DNA of 64,000 bases from positions 54,746,001 through 54,810,000 of the forward strand of contig CM059437.1 of the NCBI GenBank assembly GCA_030390025.1, written 5' to 3'. This document shows, piece after piece, positions 25,132-37,682 of the stretch (position 1 is the stretch's first letter; each line of letters begins with the position of its first letter). The position numbers were made by a program, and so were the translations under genes. A model generated the notes under the pieces. It had not been told where the DNA came from. It saw only the letters and a program-made list of their open reading frames with translations, and did not search any database. Origin of the DNA: Squalus acanthias (lineage: Eukaryota).

Positions 25132-26725
25132 GGTAACGGTGTGACCTTTTAGCCACAGAATTGTCTTATCTGTACTATTCAGAAAGGAAATGAACTGTCA
25201 CATTCCAGTGAGTATGAAGTATATGTGGTGCAACATTGTCACCTACTGGTATAGTAGCATATGACACACAAGGTTCACACTTAGAATTAATGGCATGGAC
25301 CGCCTGTTTTACACAGGTCTATTGAAGGCAATACAACTGAATGTCGAGCAGGGAGTGTAATGGGCGGCCAAATACCATACCACCGGTTCTGCGCTAACGC
25401 CCAATAACTTCGAATCTATTGGGGTAGATATTCGATACAGGTGGCTATAACTGTCCGTGATATATCATTTGGTAGCGGTGTGGTCTTTTAAACATGCAAT
25501 TGCCTTATCTGTACAATTCAGAAAGGAAGTGAAATGTCACATTCCAGTGAGTGCGAAATATATGTGGTGCCACGGTCACCTACTGGTATATCAGTATCCA
25601 AAACGGAAAATCTGTCGGAGAGGGAGATGGACCCAGGGGACTCCTGCACTACCTTCCTAGCTCTTTTACTCTGTCTGGTGGTCACCCATTCCCTGTCTGC
25701 CTGTGCACTCTTGACCTGCGGTGTGACCACCTTGTTAAACGTGCTATCCACGAAGATCTCAGCTTCGCGGATGCTCCACAGTGACTCCAGCCACAGCTCC
25801 AGCTCCAAAATGCAAATTTCGAGTAGCTGCAGCTGGAGACACTTCAAGCACATGTGTTCGCCCTAGAGACCTAAAGTGTCCCTGACTTCCCACATAGCAC
25901 AGGAGGAGCACTCCACGCTGCCAAGCTGCCCTGCCATGCCCTACCCTTAATTTACTCCCTTTTAATTAAAGAATATTAAATACACTAGGGACCTTACTTC
26001 CCTTTAAACACTACTTACTCTAAACTAGAGACCTTACTTTTACTTTAATGACTGGAATGTAGAAATACTGTAGAAATACTCACCGCTGGTTCTCTGTCCC
26101 CTCTTGTGCAGCTTTTTAGCTCCTGCTCTCCTTGAAGCTGACAAAGATAGAAAAAGAAAGGAACACCCTCACTCACCAAACTCGCAGCTTAACACTCTGT
26201 TCCGATCTGCACTCCTTGACACACTGCACTCTAGCCTCCCTTATTTATACTGCTGAGATTTAAATAAGTGAGCTCTCTGGCAGTTACAGAACCAGATTAG
26301 ACCACATATTAATTAGTTACTCTCACCTGCTCTCCAGCACAGACCTTGCTTAGCCCTGTCCAAGCCTGGAAGAAACTTAAAACTTGAAACAGTAAATTTA
26401 AATGCTAATTGCAAGCACACAAGACTAGAATTTATAAAAATAAGAGATTAACCTTTAAGATTCACTCCCTCACTCACCAAACTCGCAGCTTAACACTCTG
26501 TTCCAATCTGCACATATGACACACAACGATCACACTTAGAGTTACTGGCATAGACCGCCTATTATACACAGGTCTATTGAAGGCAATGCAACTGAAGGTC
26601 GAGCAGGGAGTATAACGGGTGGCCAAATACGATACCGCCGGTTCTGCGCTAATGCCCAATAACTTCGAATGTATTGGGTAGATGTTCGATACAGCTGGCT
26701 ATAACTATCCGTGACCTATCATTTG
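25132..26725. repeat. Tandem duplication of a ~340-bp unit, second copy interrupted
   Basis: 25132-25471 matches 25471-25590 plus 26513-26725. Confidence 0.85.
25591..26512 (-). mobile_element. CR1 5' fragment (5' UTR + ORF1 N-terminal zinc finger/coiled coil)
   Basis: ORF 25518-25853 (CLKC...FNKVVTP...WVT...LSDRFSVL) is homologous to CR1 ORF1 at 58233-59006. Confidence 0.75.
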
Positions 26726-28224
26726 ACTCATACTGCAGTGCCCCTCCCAATCTGCCCAGCTAGCGAAAGTGTGCCTTTAAGGCCCTGATGGCCCTCCCAA
26801 TGACCAGTCTAGTAGAGGAATTTGCCTCCTTGTAGTGCTCCTCTGCCATTATTGGACCATTCTTACTGCGAGAACAATGCATTGCATAGGGGATAGGCTT
26901 TGTCATCCAGAAGCCATTGATGTGATTTTCTTCCCTGATGAGGTCAGCGTGTTCGTATGAAGGCTTCTCTTCATGTGGTCACACATAATAGGTACATTCA
27001 CGGATTGGAAGCCCCTCCTGTCGATGTAGTTGAGAGGTTGTTGTGTGGGAATGCGCACAGCAGCATGCTTGTCCTCGATTGTAGCTTTGTAAAAACAAGC
27101 AACCCAGTAAAAGTAGGTGGCCATATCTTGCTATGTTGCCAAAGGTGATGAATTTGCCTGCACTCCTGCAAAGGGCGTAAACAACATAATGAGTGCACAG
27201 CCGCTACTACTGCCAGGATGCTATTGCAGAGATTGCTGACGGGTTCCTAGAATTACGCTGTGACACCAAGGGTGAGGGCGGTTATTACCTGCATATCCAC
27301 AGAGAAAGCATTGTGTGTAGATGAGCATGGCTACAGCTCGTCCTGCGGTAGGTAACAGAGCTACCCTATTACCTCGTTGGTAAAGTACGCGCATCTTATT
27401 CACAACTCCTCATAAAAGTCCTCATATGGAGTAATATCTGGTAGGCTGCATCTTCTTAAAAGTTGCCTAAATCTTCTTTGCTCCATCATGTGCTGTTCCT
27501 GCTCCTCCATGATGAAAGTATACAGGGGTATGTCTACAGGGAATGTCATCTACAGGAGCCTGATACTGAGAGAGTTCCCTCGTCGTGGTTCATACAGAAT
27601 GACACAGACAGAAGTTTTAATTCATGACAATTAGCTAATGAAGGGAGTTTCCCTTCTGCACTTTATACCCATGCTCATTATGTGTTCGCAGGAAATAAAC
27701 CAGGTGATCAATATACAATGGAAAGACAAATTTCGAAAATATACTTTCACAATCCAGGCAGGAAAGACCCTTATCTATCCGACCATTAGCGAAATTCTTT
27801 ATGTTCTTTATCTTAACGCGGCCACATTAATAAGTACAAGGGAGCCTTCTTAAATTATGGTCCAGTGGACTACAAGTTTGAAACTGCTAAGAGGAAGACC
27901 GATCTAGGGTAGCAATGCAATTCATTGGTAACCAGGGCGACTGTTTTAGGAGAATGAATGAGGCAAATTTTGTTCTAGAATTTTGCACTTTGTGGATCGC
28001 AGTCCGAAATTACATCCATTTTTTTCTGAAAGCATAAACTACGGTGAACCACGCGGGTAGGAATTGCTTTAGTCACTGTGTAATGCGATATCCCAAATAT
28101 TTCCTTGGGTTTTCCTGGTGAATTTATAAGCATAGGAGACAAGCTTTAATTTAGAAGGTTTACGAGTTCACTACAAATACTAAATGGGGGGGATCTTTGC
28201 AAATGCATTTATAATGTCCGTCAG

Positions 28225-29525
28225 GATCGGACAAAGTCAACATGGATTTACAAAAGGTAAAATCTACTGGAATTTTTTGAGGATGTAACTGGTAGAATAG
28301 ATAAGGGAGAACCAGTGGATGTGGTGTATTTGGACTTTCAGAAGGCTTTTGATAAGGTCCCGAATAAGAAATTTGCGTGCAAAGTTAAAGCACATGAGAT
28401 TGGGGGTAAGGTACTGACTTGGATAGAGAACTGGTTGGCAGAGAGGAAGCAAAGAGTTAGAATAAACTAGTCTTTTTCCGAGTGGCAGGCAGTGACTAGT
28501 GGGGTACCGCAGGGATCGGTGCTAGGACCCCAGCTCTTCACAATATATACTAATGATCTAGACGAGGGAAATAGATGTAATATCTCCAAGTTTGCAGACG
28601 ACACAAAGCTGGGTGGGCATGTGTGCTGTGAGGAGGATGCTGAGAAACTCCAGTATGATTTGGACAGGCTGGGTGATTGGGCAGATGCATGGCAGATGCA
28701 GTATAATGTGGATAAATGCGAGGTTATCCACTTTGGTGGCAAAAAACAGGAAGACAGATTACTATCTGAACGGCAATAGATTGGGAAAAGGGGAAGTGCA
28801 ACGAGACCTGGGTGTCCTTGTGCACCAGTCACTGAAGGTAAGCATGCAGGTGCAGCAGGCAGTTAAGAAGGCAAATGGTATGTTGGCCTTCATAGCGAGA
28901 GGATTCGAGTACAGGAGCAAGGATGTCTTGCTGCAGTTGTACAGGGCCTTGGTGAGACCACACCTTGAGTATTGTGTGCAGTTTTGGTCACCTTATCTGA
29001 GGAAGAATGTTCTTGCCATGGAGGGAGTGCAGCGAAGATTCACCAGACTGATGCCTGGGATGGCAGGAATGACGTATGAAGAGAGATTGGGTCGATTAGG
29101 CTTATATTCGCTAGAGTTTAGAAGAATGAGAGGGGATCTCATTGAAACTTATAACATTCTAACAGGACTAGACAGACTAGATGCAGGAAGGATGTTCCCG
29201 ATGGCGGGGGAGTCCAGAACCAGGGGTCACAGTCTAAGGATAAGGGGTAAGCCATTTAGGACTGAGATGAGCAGGAATTTCTTCACCCAGAGAGTGGTGA
29301 ACCTGTGGAATTCTCTACCACACAAGGCAGTTGAGGCCAATTCATTAAATATATTCAAGAAGGAGTTAGATATATTTCTTAAGGCTAAAGGGATCTAGGG
29401 ATATGGGGAGAAAGCAGGGACAGGGTACTGAATTTGGATGATCAGCCATTATCTCATTAAATGGCGCAACAGGCTCGAGGGACGGAATGGCCTACTCCTG
29501 CTCCTATCTTCTATGTTTCTATGTC
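28225..29525 (+). mobile_element. CR1 LINE, 5'-truncated
   Basis: [17 protein letters not shown]2 C-terminus, TTCTATGT tail; same subfamily as 10312-11266. Confidence 0.9.
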
Positions 29526-29675
29526 CCACAAATCGTGATCAGATTAATTCATAATCTGTGGTGCGATCAAGTTGATTGAGCGACACCCGCTGTTAATCTT
29601 GCTTTGGCTTGCCCCACGAGAGAAAATATTTTATTTGTATCTACCTATCGAATTGCATAATCATTTGAAATATAT

Positions 29676-29931
29676 CAGGAGAAAAGCTCGTGTGAGTTCC
29701 ACTCTGAGGCTGGCAGAGTCAGATAACTGCTCACACTGAACGTGTTGTCCGTCTCCTGCTGGATCCGACTGGTCTCAACACCATTCCCTCTCACACTGCC
29801 ATCTACAGTCCACTCAATCTCCACAGCGCCTGGATTAAAACCGTTCACCAAACACACCAGGGTCGCCGTGTTCTTTGCTGCGATTTGATCCGATGAAGGC
29901 GGAAGGACAGACACTGAGGGGTCCTGTGGAT
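29676..29931 (-). pseudogene. IGLC: Ig light-chain C exon, 5' piece of the split exon
   Basis: PQDPSVSVLPPS...WNSHELFS, then homology stops abruptly; intact TACTAG acceptor. Confidence 0.92.
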
Positions 29932-30118
29932 CTAGTAAAAATGCAAGAGTGAGCGAAAATTCCCTCTTAGTTGCATATGAACAGTCGAAAGTCAATCTTG
30001 GGTTTTCTATTTTTTAACATTCAGTTGCTGTACAGACATATTAGCAATACATTACAATGGAGGTTTAACAGTGTTTATTTAACACACATAAACACTGCTT
30101 AGTCCTCAGCTAGAGTAT

Positions 30119-30798
30119 TGGCCCAAAATTTGCGGTCGGAGGCTTCCCGCGAGCGGATGCCTCCGACCTGTAAAAAATCTACGAATTTACCTGGTGGTCG
30201 GGGAGGTATGGAGATTCGCGCTCCTGGGCCTCTCTGGGTAGAGGCCCACGTATCCCAGGGGCGCAGGCGGTTCGCAAGCGCCCCTGGGATCGCGTGGGCC
30301 AGCCCAACCAATAAAGGAAGGGAATCCCCATTCATACTTGTGGGAGTTCCGTACAAACAGAATCCCCAGAAGTATGATTGGGGATCACTTAAAAAATACA
30401 CGAACACATGAAATAAATAAAAAAAATACTTATTTAAAATGAATTAAAATGCCATTTAATTAAATATTTTAAACAAAAATTTAATTTTTTTGAAAAGAAA
30501 ATTATGTTTTAACGGGACTAAAAATAAACTTGCTTATTGGACAGGGTTTTTAAAGTATAAATGAGTGATAACATTTTATTTTTCAATTTTTCAAAACTCT
30601 TATGCTGGTAAAAGCAAGCCTTACGCCTGCTTTTACCAGGCATAAGAATTTCACGCGCATTCAGCGGGAGGAAAATGTGCAAATAGCGCAACTCTCCGCC
30701 CGCAGATGCCCATTTCCCGGGGATGCCGATTATCAGATCGCAAGTTCCTGGTTTTAGCGCATGCGTACGCACCCGTGGGGGTCCCAAATTACGGCCGA
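30119..30798. mobile_element. Harbinger-type MITE
   Basis: Degraded GGCC..AATT TIRs; internally homologous to 48044-48783, including the CTGGTAAAAGCA...TGCTTTTACCAG hairpin. Confidence 0.7.
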
Positions 30799-32351
30799 TG
30801 TGCTCAATTCTGAGCTCCAGGCTTTCAGCTGCTCGGACCTCCTCCGCCCTTCAAATGTTGATCTGTGCCTCAACTCCATTTACCCAGCTTAGTTGGAAGC
30901 TGGTCCTGAGCGAAAGAATAGACCGTAGGTGTTTTGTTGTACGCCGTCAAGGAGTAGGAATGAGGGGCCAGAATTGTTTCTACTTATGGAAACAGGACAT
31001 AAAAGTTCAATAGGACTGTGAAATCTTATATGAAATCTTTTCTATGAAATCTTCACCCACACGTTGACAACGTAGCTGTACATTTTCAGGCTCCGCAGAA
31101 GAAGTTTATTCTGCATCTAATTGATTTATGCCTTATTTAGGAGCATTGATATCAACAGCGCGTAGATATTCCTCAATTTAATTAATAAAAAATACCCCAA
31201 CTTGTATGATGTTTAATGAAGCCCAGAGAGCTGTAGAAAAATGACGAAGTGTAAACCGCAGGAATTATGGTGGCACATTTCTCCCGTGTGGTATCTGTAA
31301 TGAAATCGCGAGCCTCTTCTTCATAAGTAACCGTATACACAGCGCCCAGAGGAAATCTCCCTCCTCCACCTCCACAAAATTAATTCAGCGAGATGAGATC
31401 AAAGTAATGCAACGGTCGTTAAGACTCTGTCGTGCTTTGCTATGTAATATCTTTAAAGTGACTTCTCAAAGAAAGTTACATATTTTCCATAGGTAATTGA
31501 CGACTTTAATCGGCTTTCATCCTTCATACGAACTGCATATTAACATGGGAAAATGACAAATATTGTGGTAACTTAGTTGTTCAAACAGAATGCACTCGAT
31601 TTAAGCTCATTCTGCTTAAATAAATCTATGCTGAATGTTCCCTTAGCATAGCACTGATGCCCTCACCATCATATTGTACTGCATTACAACGTGTATTAGA
31701 CTCGACTTTCAGCTACTCGTTTCACGTGATGTTGATACATTTGCAGTTTTTATATTTAATCGAAAATAAAAATTAAGTCAGGAAAACATTATACAAAAAT
31801 TGATCTTAACGAGGCAGTTGGCAACCCGCTGATGACTTTTATTGATCTGCAAGAAGCAATTCATTTTTGTGTCTGTTTTCACCTACTGTATTGCATTGCA
31901 GTGTGCACTAAATATATAACTTGTAATACAACGGAAAGCAAAGTTAATGTTCGAATTATTAGCAGTCCTAACAGATGGAGACTGTTCCTTTTGTACAGAG
32001 TGGAGAAATATGCAACATACTTTCTTCATGATGAAGATTCTTTACATGAAATGTGTCCTTTTAAGTCTGTTAGTTGCTGTTTTTGTCCCTACCTTCTGAT
32101 AAGCAAGATATACGATATATATATATATATATGTTTATGCTTTAGCAACTGTGTCGATTTACTAGAATGGTACCAAGGATGAAACACTTCAGTTACATTC
32201 AGAGACTAGAGAAATTGGGGTTGTTCTTAGAGCAGAGAAGGTTCAGGGGAGATTTGAAAGATGTGTTCAAAATGATGAAGGGTTTTGATAGAGTAAATAA
32301 GAAGAAACTGTTTCCCGTGGCAGAAGGGTCAGTAACCACAAGACACAGATT

Positions 32352-32963
32352 GGGTGACCGCTTTGCGGAACACCTCCGTTCAGTCCGTAAGGGGAACCCC
32401 GAGCTCCTGGTGGCCTGTCACTTTAATTCACCGCTTCACTCCCACTCTGACCTCACCGTCCTCGGCCGATTACACTGTTCCACGGAAGCGCAGCGTAAGC
32501 TCGAGGAACAGCACCTCATCTTTCGTTTAGGCACGCTACAGCCCTCCGGACTCAATATCGAGTTCAACAATTTTAGATCATAACCTCAGCCCCAATCACA
32601 TTTATATTTTATTTTTGCATCCACCCTTTTGTTTGTGCCCCCCCCCCTTTTTTTCCCTCCTAGAAGCTGGCAGCTGTCCTTCATTCTGCCAGTGCATTTC
32701 ACACTTCTTTTAGCCTTAACCTGTCACATTAACACCTCCTCTTGCCTTGAATATCTCTTAATGTCTCTTAATGTCTCTTAATCTCTCCTTTTGTTCTTTC
32801 ATCCCCTCCCCCTTTTCCCAGCTTTATCCTTGCCTTAAATCTATTTGATTTCCTGCTGTTTCCAGTTCTGACGAAAGGTCTCGACCTGAAACGTTAACTC
32901 TGTTTCTCTCTCCACGGATGCTGCCTCGCCCGCTGAGTTTTTCCAGCGTTTTCTGTTATTATT
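32352..32963 (+). mobile_element. Penelope-like element 3' end (GIY-YIG C-terminus + pseudo-LTR with hammerhead motif)
   Basis: RLGDRFAEH...VACHFN...EQHLIFRLGTLQPSGLN; flanked by ACAGATT at 32345-32351 and 32964-32970. Confidence 0.82.
32864..32899 (+). ncRNA. Minimal type I hammerhead ribozyme motif
   Basis: AGUU-CUGACGA-A-AGGUC(UC)GACCU-GAAA-CGUU-AACU: conserved core, helix II, helix I pairing and palindromic helix III. Confidence 0.65.
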
Positions 32964-33844
32964 ACAGATTTAAGGTGATTGGCAAAAGAACCAGAGGTGA
33001 CAGGAGATAAAACATTTTTACACAGCAATTTGTTATGATTTGGAATGCATTGCCTGAAAGGGTGGTGGAAGTAAAACTTTCAAAAGAGAATTGGATAAAT
33101 ATGGGGAAAGAACAGGAGAGTGGGATTAATTGGATTGCTCTTTCAAAGAGCCAGCACAGGCACGATGGGCCGAATGGCCTCCTTCTGTGCTGTATCATTC
33201 TATAATTTTATGATTCAATGCTGGCATAGAATTTCCGCTTTGGCCGCAATCGGGAAATCACACCCTTCCCTCCCCCGCCCAGGGCCTCCAACTTAATGGA
33301 GGGTCAGGCTTCTGTTCTTCATATTTGGGTGGCATACTGGCGGGTGTGATAATTCACTGTTTCGAGTGTGCCAAAGACGCCTTGAAGAATCTGGCAGCTG
33401 CCATTGTTCCACCCATTAAGGTGTTGGCTGATACTGCAGTTCAATTCCACACTGGTTGGCCGACTCGTGTGGTCTGAGTAGCAGATGCTTCCACCTCTCT
33501 GGGTAGCAGCACCACTCTGGACTCTATCCTTACAGCAACAGGCACTTTGCCAGATAAACATGGCAGGATGCACGTGGCAGCTCAGGATTGCAATATTGGG
33601 ATGCAGGCAGCAGCATCCCTGCTCTAGGAGCAGACGGTCGTATGACTCCATTAACGTTAGCTGGTAGACAGCGCAGGGGGGCAGCTGGTAGAAGAGTTCA
33701 TCTGGGGCACGGGGGCCAAGCAAGGTGCCTTAAGAGAGATGTGACATTTAATTCCTGTCTCTACTACCTCCACTTTATCCTCCTTATCGTCCAATGGGAG
33801 AAGGGAGGACCTGCCATACTGCACAATGTTTGTTAAAGTTTGTT

Positions 33845-34532
33845 GGCCCTGAAATTATGGTCTCGTAATTCATTTGAAAGGCCCCACAACTTCCGGGTTT
33901 CCGCAAGCACTTGCGCATGCGCGTAATCTGGAATTTGCGATCTGTCAAGGTAGCCTTGACAGATCATCTGAACCGCATGGAAAATCAGTATTGCTCGCGC
34001 AGAGTTGGGCTACTTCCGAGCAATTGCCCACGAAACACTTACGGCTGGTAAAAGCAGATGCAGGGCTTGCTTTCATCAGCGTAAGAGTATATATAATCCT
34101 TAAATTAAACATTTAAACATAAAAAATGGTACACTTACACTCTAAATTCGTTTATGCAAATATTTATCAAAAAATTAAATTTTTATTGAGGTTGGTGTAA
34201 TCAATAGAATGGAAATTCAGTACATTTATATTTATTAGAATTGTGCAAGTTGTATAAATATTTGGGAATTCCATTGCACCTCATTAGGGGATTCCCTTCG
34301 CAAATGATTGCAATGGAATCCTCCATTGTGATTGGAGGACCTGGCCCACCTGATCCCAGGGACGCTTCCGAACTGCTCGCGTCCCTGGGATCCGTGGGCC
34401 TTTACGCTGCTGTCCGCATCGAGGCCCGGCACTGGAACTCTCCGCAGCCTGGCGCCTGGTGGTAGGTTAGTCAAGGTTTCGCGGGTCGGAGGCGTACTCT
34501 GAAGGTAGGCCTCCGACCGCAATGTCTAGCTC
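33845..34532. mobile_element. Harbinger-type MITE (opposite orientation to 30119-30798)
   Basis: Starts GGCCCTGAAATT; right arm is the reverse complement of the left arm of 30119-30798. Confidence 0.65.
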
Positions 34533-34999
34533 AATATTTTCGCAAATTTTGAATTTTGCAAATTTTTTGAACTTCTGTAAATGTTTAAATTCATAACAGT
34601 TTTTGCAAAATTTGGAATATCATACATCTTTGCACTATTGCTCATGTTTGAATTTGATACAGTTATTGCACAGTTTTTGGATTTTGTAAATCATTGCACT
34701 CTTGTTTAAGTTTAAACATTTTGAATAATTTTTGGAACTTGATAAATCTTTGCACTCCTGTTGATGCTTAAATGCTAAAGTTTAATGCAGCATTTGCAAA
34801 CTGTTTACATCATTTCGTCTTATAAATGAAACAATAAACATTTATATCGTTTTAATTTTTAGAACTGCAAAACAGTTACATTTTCTATATATGTATTGTA
34901 TTTATTTAACATTTAGAGATTTAAACTTCTTGCAATAAAAATCTTTTGCATTTGAACTGATCGGTGTCTGAGATTTATTCTGCTGACAGACCTGGGGGA

Positions 35000-37010
35000 A
35001 GGGTAGTCGATGAGATGGGGTGAGTGCGGATTGCTCATTGCATGAAAGCTTGCTCCACCAGCCGTGCTCTTACAGCCTTGCCCTAACGGGCACTTTCCTC
35101 CTGTACAAGTTTGGCATCTTCCAGTTCGTGGTCCCGCAACGCTGCAACTTCTGTCTCTATCATCTCCTCTCTCAGGATGTCGTGGTCTAGACCTTCTGCC
35201 AATACAAAGTTGTGCAAGGTGCAGTAATCCACCGTAATACTATCTACTCTCTGTGAGGAATACTCAGTACACCCCAGATCTGTCCAGAAACCTGAAGCGA
35301 CTCTTCAGCACCTCGACTGTTCTCTCGATGACCTGGCTGTTGGACACATACGCAGGGCTGTATGCCTAAGAATCTGGCCGAAATCAATGAAAACCCTCGG
35401 AACAAGCGCAATTGGTGGAAACTTGCATTTAGGTCCTGGGGGGTGGCCAGTTTTATGGGCGTTGGGGCGCATGTTCAATGAGCGCGCTTAAAAGATTGCG
35501 GATACTTGGGCGTACTGTAGTTACCCGCATAACTCGTGTAAGTCCAAATTTCCGCGATATTTTAAGCTGTTTAATTTATTTGCGCCCAGATTAACTTCTT
35601 ATCTGGACATAAACAAGAAGAAATTCCCCATTTACTTCTGAAGTGAACAGGACGCATATGAAAACTGCATTGTTGGAATATGTAACAATAAAAACTGGGT
35701 TTCAGTCCAGACACCCCTCAGATTTGTAAGAGAATGGATCAGGAATGCCGTTTCTATATAGGGTTAAATGCGTGATGCTTAATATCGCCCGTTTTGAATC
35801 ATTTAATGTATATCAATTTAATTAACAATGATTACTACACTGTTCTGCGTCAGCAGGACCACCTCGTGAGACGGTTGAAGCACCAACAGCTCATCAGAAG
35901 GGCTGAGCAGTCAGCGGAATTGAATCACAAACAACTGCCGTATTTAACTATAGCTAACGAAGTATAAATTGCACCGTCATAAAGTCGAGTATCAGAGATT
36001 ATAGTAATATACTCCCAGAAGTATAACTCATATTTCAGATTAATCTATAGAACCTTAGTCGTCACGGGGACAACATCTAACGTACTTTTTGTATTACAAT
36101 ACCTCAGCCTCTCGTGTGTTAAATAGAATATCGGCACAACAGAACAATGGCCAAGATTACCGGTTACACACTTGCTTCTCATGTTTTAAAACTTATGAAT
36201 GGAAGCGATGAGCGCAGGGAAGTTCCTTGAGTGTACTCGTAAAAGTACCAGCGTAAGTGCACAAGGAACCAGGAAACGGAATTTAATAACTGCTTTCTTG
36301 GCGTAATAATATAGCGCTACACTTGCCCAGAACATATTGAGGTCATAACAAAAACAAAAAATTGCAATTGCCCTGAGGCCCAGCAATATATCTATTGAGA
36401 AATACACTTGTATTCGTGGGTCCACATATAAGGGAAAATAGTGCTGATGGCATTTCTGACAAGGGTTTTAGTCATGAAGGTGCTTGATTATGTATCTCTG
36501 TTCACGTCACAGTAACGATTTATGTTCCTGAAGCGGTTGCCACGGGGGACAGGGGCTTGTATGACCACATGTCTGATATCAGTAATGTTGTGCACAGTAC
36601 AGAATCCAGGCAGATAGTAAATTTTCAGGGCTCTTTTCCCACAACTTCATCGTTTCCATCTGGAGATTGATAAATTCATTGGGGCAGTCAACCAAGTGGT
36701 TTGTATCTTGCATGTTACTGTTGTGCGCTGCAAGTTCAGAGATTTTGCTGCTTGAAAGGACCCAGGAGCGTAACAATATACGGCAGATGTTGCCATTGAT
36801 TTAGCCGTCACTATCCTGGAAGCAGCTTCTAGGCTTGGCTTCAGGTATTGCAAAATTATCTTGTGGCTTCTTTAGGGAATAATAGACTTCACTTGTAAGT
36901 TGCAACTTCTTTGAACATGCCCAGCAACAATTGCCTTTGCCTCTATACGGGACTAGGTCCTACTAGAGGGCCTAAGGTGCCAGTACACTGGCTTCCATGC
37001 CTCCTTAGAG
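35000..37010 (-). mobile_element. Highly degenerate, fragmented Harbinger transposase
   Basis: Minus-strand CYAPGSFQAA (~36750-36780) and VIERTVEVLKSRFRFLDRSG...CTLHNF (~35200-35340). Confidence 0.6.
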
Positions 37011-37167
37011 GATAGAAATGATCATAACTATACAGTGTAATAGTGCAGCTCACGGATTCTTCACTATTTCAGAGTACCTACTTTTCAAGCTATTGTTAGT
37101 TTAAATGTACTTTTCCGTAAAAGTATTTTAACGAATTGCACAAAAAAATAAAGCGCCAAAGCACTGA

Positions 37168-37682
37168 TTGTGTGCATGTGTCGGGGCGTGTCATTGCGTC
37201 GGTGTGTTTCGGGTGGTGTGTGTTTGGGAGGGGCGCGTGTGTGTGGATCAGTAGGGTGGGCGTGTCAGTGTGTGGGGTGTATATGTGTTGGGGGTGTGGA
37301 GTGGTTTGTGTGCGTGTGGGAGGGTGGCTGGTGGGGGTATGCATTGGGGATGTGGGGTGGGGTGTGGATTGTAAGTGGGAGGAGGCGGTGGTGTGGTATG
37401 TGTATGTTTCCGGGGGGTGTAGTGTGTGTGTGTGTAAGGTGTGGGTGGGTGGAGTGGGGTGTCCGTGTGTGCGGTTGGATGTGTGGGGGAATGAGGTGTG
37501 TTTGTGGGGAGTGGGGTATGTGAGTGTTGGTGGGGTGTGGGTATGAGTATGTGGAGGTGGAGTTTATGTGTGTGTGGGGTGGGGGTGTGTGTTGGAGGTT
37601 GTGGTGTGGGGGAGGTTGGGGTTGTGTGTGGGGCTGTGTGTTGGGGGTATGGTGGTGTGTGTGTGGAGAGGGGTAGGAGTTG
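37168..37682. repeat. GT/G-rich low-complexity tract
   Basis: Degenerate (GT)n/(GGT)n over ~500 bp. Confidence 0.9.

Larger units (their letters stand above)
32160..33215 (+). mobile_element. CR1 3' fragment carrying a nested Penelope-like element
   Basis: RLEKLGLF.LEQRR, LFPVAEGSVT, then CR1 resumes at 32964. Confidence 0.8.

Noticed and set aside
26800-27600. Possible decayed LTR-retrotransposon RNase H on the minus strand (LIYT..., LAVVAAVH)
   Set aside because: Too degenerate to assign without a profile search.
9040-29675. The 20.6-kb segment as a spliceosomal intron in the C exon
   Set aside because: Minus-strand boundaries read TCCTG|ATATAT...TTGTA|TCCTG; no GT/GC donor or AG acceptor in any register of the repeat.
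9040-29675. RSS-bounded RAG transposon or TIR element
   Set aside because: Ends are TACAACAGG... and ...GAAATATAT; no CACAGTG heptamer, nonamer or inverted termini visible.
32167-32583. ORF appearing to be a novel RT-tail/GIY-YIG fusion protein
   Set aside because: Chance in-frame junction of a CR1 fragment and a nested Penelope-like insertion.
33220-33840. Possible further Harbinger-related remnant
   Set aside because: Only weak end-like and compositional similarity; no convincing motif or matching TIR found.
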